In this document: one piece after another, positions 54,763-62,456 of the stretch
How positions within the stretch are numbered: the stretch's first letter is position 1
Layout of the letters: each line of letters opens with the position of its first letter
DNA from: Nitrosopumilus sp.
Lineage (GTDB): Archaea; Thermoproteota; Nitrososphaeria; Nitrososphaerales; Nitrosopumilaceae
Assembly (NCBI GenBank): GCA_965214775.1
Contig: OZ243974.1
Location: 32,001-96,000 of the forward strand
Direction: 5' to 3'
Length of the DNA: 64,000 nt
The notes under the pieces: generated by a model
What the model saw: the letters and a program-made list of their open reading frames with translations, nothing else
What the model was told of the DNA's origin: nothing
The model's database searches: none
Position numbers and translations under genes: made by a program

Positions 54763-55353
54763 TTAGAGATATTCGCCAAAGTTGTTTTCATAAACGACTG
54801 TGGGACTCTTCAGCTGCTTTTCCAAAGTCGGAATTGATTTCATTATGCAGTAATTTACAAAATCACTAAACGACTTTATCCTGTAGTCACTTTTCAGGAT
54901 CTCTTTGTTTTTTTCATAAATTACCTGCAGTTTGTGCAGTGTGAATTTTTGCAGCGGAACAAATCTGCTTCTTTTTGGCAACGGTTTTGAATCAAGTTTT
55001 TCCTCAGAATCAATCTCAAGATCTTGATCTACATCAAGAGTTCCCATATCGACTACCTCTTCCACTTCAGAGACAAAGATTTTGCCACCGTGTGCAAAAG
55101 TCAGTCCCGAATTTTCAGAGACCGTCTTCACTACCTGTCTTGCATCTTTGTCAGGAACCACCATCTCAATTTTTGCAAGTGGAATGAATTTGATGCCTGT
55201 CGAGCCTGTCTTTGAGCCTTTTAATCCCTCATAGATATGGCCATCATCAAGATTTCGCTTGTCAATGATGTAAGTGCCAACCTTGTTTAGTTTCATTTTA
55301 ATGGCAGGAAAATTTTTTCGTTTGATGACTGCCTCTATCTTCTTCACAAGCAT
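54763..55353 (-). CDS. Degenerate PII domain fused to a ribbon-helix-helix-like C-terminal domain
   Basis: KKIEAVIK, KIEMVV and GGKIFVSEVEEVV (PII), acidic linker, then RFVPLQKFTLHKLQ...SFSDFVNYCI. Confidence 0.8.
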   Translation of the reverse strand: MLVKKIEAVIKRKNFPAIKMKLNKVGTYIIDKRNLDDGHIYEGLKGSKTGSTGIKFIPLAKIEMVVPDKDARQVVKTVSENSGLTFAHGGKIFVSEVEEVVDMGTLDVDQDLEIDSEEKLDSKPLPKRSRFVPLQKFTLHKLQVIYEKNKEILKSDYRIKSFSDFVNYCIMKSIPTLEKQLKSPTVVYENNFGEYL

Positions 55354-55390
55354 TTTCCAAGGAACGTCTTATTTATGCCGTGGTTTTGTC

Positions 55391-55519
55391 GGGGTTGTCG
55401 CCTAATTCCACTTGTTTGGCTCAATCTGCACGTTTTTCTGAATTTCCGCCATTTTTCACGCCTGATCCACTGACATCTCAGCGGTTTTCAGGAATTCTAA
55501 TGAATTAGGCGACAACCCC
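55391..55519. mobile_element. MITE family B copy
   Basis: Perfect 18-bp TIRs; flanks ggttttgtc / gattttgtc. Confidence 0.88.
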
Positions 55520-55643
55520 GATTTTGTCATCAAAACCAGGAGGACATCTGGCAGTACTTTACAAAGGCTGCAGGCGCAAGCAGGTGTAAAAAAACCACCC
55601 AAAGGGATCAACAAAGCTCAAGTTAAAGATTAATAAGGTAAAG

Positions 55644-55660
55644 TACCGTACCATACGGTA
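55644..55660. promoter_or_regulatory. Palindromic operator candidate TACCGTA-N3-TACGGTA
   Basis: Perfect 7-3-7 inverted repeat between the TATA-like TTAATAA (~55630) and the ATG of the wHTH gene. Confidence 0.55.
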
Positions 55661-55662
55661 TC

Positions 55663-56010
55663 ATGATACGAGCAAGACTGACATATGTGCCGCTTGAAGT
55701 GGCCGAGCAATTCGAAGATTTCATAATAAAAAGAGACGAGCAGGTTCTAGATGCAGTAAAAGCAAGGACAAAAGACTATAGCACCTTGTCATTGTTGAAA
55801 CTGTTGTATCAGCTCAAAGGAAATCCAATGACGTTTTCAGAACTGTATTCAAAATCAAAGATCAGGATGAAGAAGTCATTTCTAAACTATCTTCATTTGT
55901 GTGTAAATTACAACTTTGTGCAAAAAGAAGCAGTTGGACCCAATATGATCTATTCGATTACAGACAAGGGACGTACTATGCTGAGTCTCTTTATGCAGAA
56001 GAACAGCTGA
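55663..56010 (+). CDS. Winged-helix transcriptional regulator
   Basis: MTFSELYSKS...FLNYLHLC...YSITDKGR pattern. Confidence 0.85.
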   Translation: MIRARLTYVPLEVAEQFEDFIIKRDEQVLDAVKARTKDYSTLSLLKLLYQLKGNPMTFSELYSKSKIRMKKSFLNYLHLCVNYNFVQKEAVGPNMIYSITDKGRTMLSLFMQKNS

Positions 56011-56187
56011 CAAAAAGGGTACAAAACATCTACAGCCAAGTGAAAAGTAAATGAGGTCTGTTGTTTTGCCCTGATATTCAGGCATCGTACCTTCTGCCCA
56101 TCTTCTGTTTTTGCTAGATTTTTTAGTACTTTTCACTTAGCTGATCTAGTGAATATAGTAATTAAAGAGAGCAGGCTCACGATAAAC

Positions 56188-56913
56188 GTGCAGCAAGAAT
56201 TTCCAGATGCCGAGGTATTTGAGACAAAGAAGGCAGAACTGAAGAATCCGATAATTTTTGCAGGGTTTGTAGGGGCAGGCCTAGTGGGCCCTGTTGCAAT
56301 AAACCACATCATAGAGAAGCTAGGAATGGAGGAAATTGGCGTAATGAGATCAAAGTATCTGCCGCCATCAACTGTATTTATGAGAGGCAGGCTTCGTCAT
56401 CCGTTTAGATTCTATGCAAATCAAGAGGGAACTGTTTGTGCAATAATATGCGAAATTACGTTAAGAATGGAAGGACTGTATTTGCTGGTATCTGCAATTT
56501 TAGATTGGGCAGAAGAAAAGGGCTCAAAGGAAATTGTCATTTTGGACGGAGTTGCAAGTGACGAACACGATGACAAAGCATACTGTGCAGCAGAAGAAGA
56601 TCTGGTAAGAACGATGGCAGACAAAGACATAAGCATGATTCCGCAAGGATTCATCACTGGAATTCCCGGCGGCATACTAAATGAGTGCCTAGTAAGAAAA
56701 ATCCAGGGCATGACACTGCTGGCAAAGGCAAGCAAAGTGGCCCCGGATTCAGGCGCGGCTGCCACCCTAATTGAGGCCCTAAACCGCTTCTATGAGACAG
56801 ATATTGACATCACGGAACTCCAAGAAGAAAAAGACAGAATTCATTCAGAATTCAGCGAGCTGTCTCAAAAGTACATGGAACACAGAGAAGAGATAGATGA
56901 CATGTACATGTGA
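56188..56913 (+). CDS. Proteasome assembly chaperone (PAC2) family protein
   Basis: GFVGAGLVG, ITGIPGGIL and PDSGAAATLIEAL motifs; probable GTG start. Confidence 0.9.
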   Translation: MQQEFPDAEVFETKKAELKNPIIFAGFVGAGLVGPVAINHIIEKLGMEEIGVMRSKYLPPSTVFMRGRLRHPFRFYANQEGTVCAIICEITLRMEGLYLLVSAILDWAEEKGSKEIVILDGVASDEHDDKAYCAAEEDLVRTMADKDISMIPQGFITGIPGGILNECLVRKIQGMTLLAKASKVAPDSGAAATLIEALNRFYETDIDITELQEEKDRIHSEFSELSQKYMEHREEIDDMYM

Positions 56914-56974
56914 TTGAACAGACACGCAGGCGAGCATCCAAATTCTTTTATTCAAAGCAAATACGCATCAAACT

Positions 56975-57997
56975 ATGGCCCTGACATACAAAAAAGCAGG
57001 AGTGGATATTTCAAAGATCAAGCAGAGTCAGCTGGCAATCGGAAAACTGATTACATCAACTCACAAAATTCAGAAAAAAGCAAAGATTGCACATGGTTTT
57101 GGACATTATGCCGGAATAGTAGAGATTCCAGGAGGAAAACTTTTGGCAACACATGCAGACGGAGTTGGAACCAAAGTAGTAATTGCAAACATGATGAAAA
57201 AATACAGTACGATAGGAATTGACTGTGTCGCAATGAATGTAAACGACATTATTTGTATCGGGGCAACGCCAATATCATTTGTAGATTATATTGCAGCAAA
57301 CAAAAACGATCAACGGATTTTCAAAAGAATTGTAGGGGGGCTGGTGGCAGGCGCAAAAAAATCAGCAGTGCCGATTGTGGGAGGAGAGACTGCAATAATG
57401 CCCGATGTGATTGAGGGAAAGGGATTTGCATTTGACTTGGCAGGAATGGTTGTAGGGCTAGTTGAAAAGAAAAAGATTGTGCTAGGAGATAAGATCAGGC
57501 CAGGAGACGTAATCATCGGTGCAGAAAGTACAGGAATGCATTCAAACGGGTATTCATTGGCAAGAAAGGCAATACTTGGAAGATATTCTCTCAAGGACAA
57601 AGCAAAGGGAGTAGGCAGGATTGGAGATGCGTTGCTAAAGCCAACCCAAATCTACACAAGTCCAGTTTTAGAAATAACTGACAAATGCAAAGTAAATGGT
57701 TTGGCACACATTACAGGCGGGGCATTTACCAAACTTTTACGCCTAAAAAAGACGGGATACGAGATAGACTCACTGCCAAAAATCCCGCCAATAATGGGCC
57801 TTGTAGAAGAGCAGGGGGTAAAGCCAGAAGAGATGTACAAGACATTTAACATGGGCATAGGATTCTGTGTTGTGGCACCAAAAGATCAAGCGGTACGCAT
57901 CAAGACAATTTTCAAAAGACACAAGATAGCAAGCCAGGAGATAGGGCAGATCATATCCAAAAAGGGCGTTTTTGTAAACTCTGCAAAGATAGCCTGA
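56975..57997 (+). CDS. purM: Phosphoribosylformylglycinamidine cyclo-ligase
   Basis: YKKAGVDI, DGVGTK, GGETAIMP, HSNGYSL, AHITGG and TFNMGIG motifs. Confidence 0.97.
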   Translation: MALTYKKAGVDISKIKQSQLAIGKLITSTHKIQKKAKIAHGFGHYAGIVEIPGGKLLATHADGVGTKVVIANMMKKYSTIGIDCVAMNVNDIICIGATPISFVDYIAANKNDQRIFKRIVGGLVAGAKKSAVPIVGGETAIMPDVIEGKGFAFDLAGMVVGLVEKKKIVLGDKIRPGDVIIGAESTGMHSNGYSLARKAILGRYSLKDKAKGVGRIGDALLKPTQIYTSPVLEITDKCKVNGLAHITGGAFTKLLRLKKTGYEIDSLPKIPPIMGLVEEQGVKPEEMYKTFNMGIGFCVVAPKDQAVRIKTIFKRHKIASQEIGQIISKKGVFVNSAKIA

Positions 57998-58079
57998 CGG
58001 CATTAAAGAAGAGATCACACTATGAGCAAAAACAGTTTGCCAGTCAAGCTTGGAATGACAGCAACGTTGTCATAATGTG

Positions 58080-58211
58080 GGGGTTGTCTCCTAATTCCCC
58101 GGAATTCCTGAAAGCTGTTGGGATGCCACATGGATCAGGCGTGCAAGATGACGAAAATTCAGAAAAACATGCAGGTTGAGTCACAGGCAGATGGAATTAG
58201 GAAACAACCCC
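58080..58211. mobile_element. MITE family B copy, abutted by a truncated 66b MITE (58213-58312) and a 66c MITE (~58305-58400)
   Basis: TIRs and internal homology to the other copies of each family. Confidence 0.8.
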
Positions 58212-58400
58212 GGTAAGAGTATAAAGCGATGGAATACCTAGTGAATGCGTCTGACTGAACAACGCACACTCGCAGCGTCTCGTGCAGGGAACCAGAATAA
58301 TTTGATATGGGAAGTCACGTCCCTTGCTGGCCAAGCATGGAAATCATAATTGTACATACCAATTCGCGTCTGATTGGTGGGGGGGTGGGCGACCACATAC

Positions 58401-58515
58401 CTTCAAAGTCTTCAAAGTCTTCAAAGTCTTCAAAATATACAAAACAGGGCCTTCAGGTGCCAAAAGTCTTCAAAGTCTTCAAAGTCTTCAAAATATACAA
58501 AACAGGGCCTTCAGG
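58401..58515. repeat. Two direct repeats of ~57 bp, each containing three AAAGTCTTC 9-mers
   Basis: Seen directly; related inverted copy at ~17030-17078. Confidence 0.85.
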
Positions 58516-58701
58516 CCCGCCCGATACGTGATGTTCAAGACATTTGCGGTGGGATCTGGGTTGGTTTCAGGTTTCCCTCCGGGGGCCTGATGTGCATCTA
58601 TGTGTCGTGTTTATAGGGATTCCACGCGTAACGGTGTTGTGAGGGTAACAGGATGGCCTCTGCCTAGGTTAATTTTTTGCAATCCTTTGATCCACTGGTT
58701 G

Positions 58702-58865
58702 GTATGGGGTCGTATCTCTCTCTTGCTGGCCCGGCGTGAAGACCGTGCATACTGATGCAACCATAGATACGGTATGGGGTCGTATCTCTCTCTTGCTGGC
58801 CCGGCGTGAAGACCACATCTCCGTGCAATTCGTGCCTAACTAGTCAGGGGGAAGCAAACTTGTAC
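58702..58865. mobile_element. IS66-type 66c MITE with duplicated left end (44-bp direct repeats at 58701 and 58771)
   Basis: GTATGGGGTC...CTTGTAC termini; flanks actggttg / actgattg. Confidence 0.65.
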
Positions 58866-58993
58866 ACTGATTGCCGCGCAATACCTAAATCAGGCGTAAC
58901 AGATCGATTATTGGAACACAAAAAGGATCAAATATGATAGCGGTACCCAAAAGTTCCAGAAGCTACTTTAGTCTCAAAGGTAATACGATAGCC

Positions 58994-59138
58994 CCTGAGA
59001 GTTGATTCAAAATTAGCAAATTCTAATTATTTGTGAACGGATTTGCATAGAACGGCTCAAAACACCAACAAAATGCAAGTTATCTGTGAAATCACTTGAA
59101 AAATTCATACGTCTTCTAATTTCGGATCACCTCTCAGG
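58994..59138. mobile_element. MITE family C, followed by a solo family B end and a solo IS5 end (to ~59236)
   Basis: CCTGAGAG...CTCTCAGG TIRs; 59170-59236 matches 48428-48492. Confidence 0.82.
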
Positions 59139-59264
59139 TAGGCGGAATTACGCGACAACCCCGGTTGCAGGTATGCAAATCATGATCTATTGTATTATAT
59201 TTTTAGATCAGACGGGTTAATTACGCATAAAGTTTATTTTGCCGGTGTTTTGAGCTCTTACGTT

Positions 59265-59693
59265 TTATGGATCAGTCTTTTCTATCATGTTGATCGAGTT
59301 TTTGTGTTTATAGTGTAGTACTGGCTCTCCCATATTGTTTACTCGGTCTGTGCCGTACACTTTGATCAGTTTGATTCCTATCACTATGATGAACTTTTTT
59401 GTCTCATAGATGTTGAAGGCCTTCTTAACCAGTTTAAAGGCAAGCTCGTGTGTTTCATCTGCCTTGGTTGTGGAGCCCGTACGCTCTTTTAGGCCAGATC
59501 TGTCAAAGTCCTGAGGTGCTACTACCGCTGCTACAGTTACAGCCGTTACCTTACTTTTCCCTACCTCATTTGCACCGTCCTCATTGACTATGTGGGTAAC
59601 TGTCGGCATCACCTTTATCCTCAGGCCGTTCTCAGTTTCATACTCGCTGTATTCCTGTCTTATGGTGTTGAATTCTACTGGATCGTGCTTCAT
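59265..59693 (-). CDS. Hypothetical protein with an internal two-fold repeat
   Basis: VEFNTIRQEYSEYETENG aligns with LAFKLVKKAFNIYETKKF. Confidence 0.75.
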   Translation of the reverse strand: MKHDPVEFNTIRQEYSEYETENGLRIKVMPTVTHIVNEDGANEVGKSKVTAVTVAAVVAPQDFDRSGLKERTGSTTKADETHELAFKLVKKAFNIYETKKFIIVIGIKLIKVYGTDRVNNMGEPVLHYKHKNSINMIEKTDP

Positions 59694-59911
59694 TTCAACT
59701 TCCTAATGTCGGGCTCTCCGTCTTTCTTGTAGTGAATCAACCATATCTGCTCCCTGCTCCAAAAGTGTGGCTTGTGTGGTATTTTTTTTGGGGTACATAT
59801 CTTAAAATCATCACTTCTGATTTCCGTAATCAGATGTTTTTTCTTGTTAGAGTACTCATAATTTATGTTGATTCTTGCCCCTATGCCTGCCGGCAGATCA
59901 TCTGATTACAC
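59690..59911 (-). pseudogene. Small hypothetical gene with a stop at codon 2
   Basis: GTG-TAA, then ~71 open codons ending WLIHYKKDGEPDIRKLK*; overlaps both neighbours like an operon member. Confidence 0.5.
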
Positions 59912-60219
59912 TAGTCCCTCAACTCGTAAAGATTCACACTTCCATCTTTTTTGGAAATCATATAATCCCTGCCCTGATAACTGAACGCGTAGGGCTGGCC
60001 GTCCTGCATCAACTGTTCCCTGACACGTATTGTGTCTCCCCTGACCTGTACAGGGTGGGATCCCTGGTCAGAGTCCTCAAAAAATCCGTCGCATATGAAC
60101 TCCTGCAAAGAGTCTCCGGTAGTCACACCTTCTTCAACAAACGTTGTCGCAGATCCACTAAGCACCTTGGAAATGTATGGCTTTTTTGGTTCTACGGATA
60201 CAAAATTTGGATGTGACAT
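59911..60219 (-). CDS. Hypothetical protein
   Basis: Probable start MSHPNF; TATA-like element upstream. Confidence 0.7.
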   Translation of the reverse strand: MSHPNFVSVEPKKPYISKVLSGSATTFVEEGVTTGDSLQEFICDGFFEDSDQGSHPVQVRGDTIRVREQLMQDGQPYAFSYQGRDYMISKKDGSVNLYELRD

Positions 60220-60261
60220 TTCTAGCTCTAATGGCACTGTACTGATTAAAAACTTTATCTT

Positions 60262-60442
60262 AGACTTTATGGGTAAGAGTTTACCCCTCATCTGAGATAC
60301 GGCGTGGTATAGGCGTGATCATGAAGACTCCGGCCGGTAGGGTCGCTTGAGGGATAAACTCTTGCGACTTTATGCGTATTTGTCAAAAATGACGTAAAAA
60401 CTGCCTGATTTTTTTGATCTGTACCGATTACGCATAAGGTCT
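60262..60442. mobile_element. IS5-derived MITE with an IS66 66a MITE (60273-60365) nested in its left TIR
   Basis: GACTTTATG is duplicated either side of the IS66 MITE; right end CGATTACGCATAAGGTCT. Confidence 0.82.
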
Positions 60443-60483
60443 ATCACCTTATATGACATATTTTAACAGCCATAGTAGGCAAA

Positions 60484-61737
60484 ATGGCAGCAGAGGCGCA
60501 TTTCATTGAGACAATTATCGGGGTAGGAATCCTGTTGTTTGCCGCCAAACTGATGGCAGAACTCTTCCTCAGACTGAAGCTTCCAATCGTTTTGGGCGAA
60601 TTGTTAGCAGGTATGATTGTAGGGCCATTTGCACTTGGACAGTTCTTTGTAATTGACGGAAGACACTTGTTACAAATCAACGACGAAATAAGAATTCTAG
60701 GAGAGATGGGGGCAATTGTAATTTTGTTTATGGCAGGATTGGAAATGACTCCAAAAGAATTTCTCAAGGGAGGAAAGGCATCATTTACAGTCGGAACCCT
60801 AGGAGTGGTGATTCCGTTTTTTGCAGGACTTGGTGTGTTTGGCATATTTGGATTTGAGGCATTAGAATCAATGTTAATTGCTACAGCGCTGACGGCTACA
60901 AGTATAGCGATTTCAATTCAAGTGTTAAACGAATTTGGAAAAATCAAGACACCTGAGGCCAGATTGATTATCGGGGCAGCAGTGGTAGACGACATTTTAG
61001 CAATTGCAGTATTATCAGTTGTAATTTCAATTACAGGCTCAGATGCAGGAATTGAAAGTATTGAAATCACAGATGTCACGATTACAATTCTCCAAGTTCT
61101 CGGATTCTTTGCAGTCATGCTGATTGTTGCAGTCATAGTCATACCCAGAGTCATCACCACACGTTTGTGGAAGGCAAAAGGCAGTGTAGAGGGAATTGCA
61201 ACTGCGGCGTTCTTTGGGGCAGCCGCACTAGCAGGATCAATTGGACTATCGCCGATTGTCGGTGCATTTGCAGTTGGAATGGCACTGTCAACTACCAAAG
61301 TCTTTGAGAAGGTAGAGAATTTCATAGAAAAGATCGGTCTGATATTTGCGCCGTTATTCTTTGCAATAATTGGGGCACAGGTAGATCTTAGGGCAGTAGA
61401 CATTAACATTCTGATGTTAAGCGGGGCAGTGATTGCAGTAGCTGTTGCAACCAAACTCTTTGGATGCGGATTGCCAGCAATGCTGTTCTTGAAAAACAAG
61501 GCTCAAGGACTGAGAGTGGGAATCGGAATGATTTCCAGAGGAGAGGTAGGGTTGATTGTAGCAGGGGTAGGAGTTACAGCAGGGGTTCTGACCTCCGAGG
61601 TATATTCTACAATTGTCATCATGGTGGCAGTGACTACCATTATCACGCCAATATGGCTGAAGATGGAATACAGAAAAGAACAGCAGAGAGAAGGAGGCAA
61701 TGCGCCAAGTGAAGAAATACAGCAAAAACCAGAATAG
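60484..61737 (+). CDS. Cation:proton antiporter (CPA2, KefB/NapA-like)
   Basis: LFMAGLE, TATSIAI, AAVVDDI and MISRGEVGLI motifs. Confidence 0.93.
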   Translation: MAAEAHFIETIIGVGILLFAAKLMAELFLRLKLPIVLGELLAGMIVGPFALGQFFVIDGRHLLQINDEIRILGEMGAIVILFMAGLEMTPKEFLKGGKASFTVGTLGVVIPFFAGLGVFGIFGFEALESMLIATALTATSIAISIQVLNEFGKIKTPEARLIIGAAVVDDILAIAVLSVVISITGSDAGIESIEITDVTITILQVLGFFAVMLIVAVIVIPRVITTRLWKAKGSVEGIATAAFFGAAALAGSIGLSPIVGAFAVGMALSTTKVFEKVENFIEKIGLIFAPLFFAIIGAQVDLRAVDINILMLSGAVIAVAVATKLFGCGLPAMLFLKNKAQGLRVGIGMISRGEVGLIVAGVGVTAGVLTSEVYSTIVIMVAVTTIITPIWLKMEYRKEQQREGGNAPSEEIQQKPE

Positions 61738-61785
61738 TCCATCATAAAGTCTTAAATTGATCAGAGACGGTCATCAAATTGTTAC

Positions 61786-62400
61786 ATGTCATCAGAAACA
61801 GCTTCCGAAGAATTTAGAGCAAACATGTTAGCAGAGATCAAAAATATCATAACTGATCTTAGTCAATTAAAAGAAATGACCGTAGCAAGTACCGCAGCTG
61901 CAAGAAGGCCAGCAAGGAAGACTGCTGTAAAGAAAAAGGCTGTAAAGAAAAAGGCCGCAGCTGCAAGAAGGCCAGCAAGGAAGACTGCTGCAAAGAAAAA
62001 GGCTGTAAAGAAAAAGGCCGCAGCTGCAAGAAGGCCAGCAAGGAAGACTGCTGTAAAGAAAAAGGCTGTAAAGAAAAAGGCCGCAGCTGCAAGAAGGCCA
62101 GCAAGGAAGACTGCTGTAAAGAAAAAGGCTGTAAAGAAAAAGGCCGCAGCTGCAAGAAGGCCAGCAAGGAAGACTGCTGTAAAGAAAAAGGCCGCAGCTG
62201 CAAGAAGGCCAGCAAGGAAGACTGCTGCAAAGAAAAAGGCCGCAGCTGCAAGAAGGCCAGCAAGGAAGACTGCTGCAAAGAAAAAGGCCGCAGCTGCAAG
62301 AAGGCCAGCAAGGAAGACTGCTGCAAAGAAAAAGGCCGCAGCTGCAAGAAGGCCGGCCAGAAGAGCACCAAAAACAAAACGCACTTCCAGGCGACGTTAG
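61786..62400 (+). CDS. Histone-H1/Hc2-like basic repeat protein
   Basis: Short helical N-terminus, then AAARRPARKTA(V/A)KKK repeats. Confidence 0.8.
   Translation: MSSETASEEFRANMLAEIKNIITDLSQLKEMTVASTAAARRPARKTAVKKKAVKKKAAAARRPARKTAAKKKAVKKKAAAARRPARKTAVKKKAVKKKAAAARRPARKTAVKKKAVKKKAAAARRPARKTAVKKKAAAARRPARKTAAKKKAAAARRPARKTAAKKKAAAARRPARKTAAKKKAAAARRPARRAPKTKRTSRRR
61892..62361. repeat. Coding tandem repeat: four 63-bp units, four 48-bp units and a partial unit
   Basis: Near-identical DNA units. Confidence 0.9.
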
Positions 62401-62456
62401 ACACAAAAAAAGCCAAATTATTTAACGAATTTATGTCCAGATTGAATTGAGCATTC

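Noticed and set aside
58701-58814. Two exact 44-bp repeats with a 26-bp spacer, resembling a mini-CRISPR
   Set aside because: Only two units and no cas genes. The repeat is the left end of the 66c MITE family, and the whole unit is bounded by a near-perfect 8-bp TSD.
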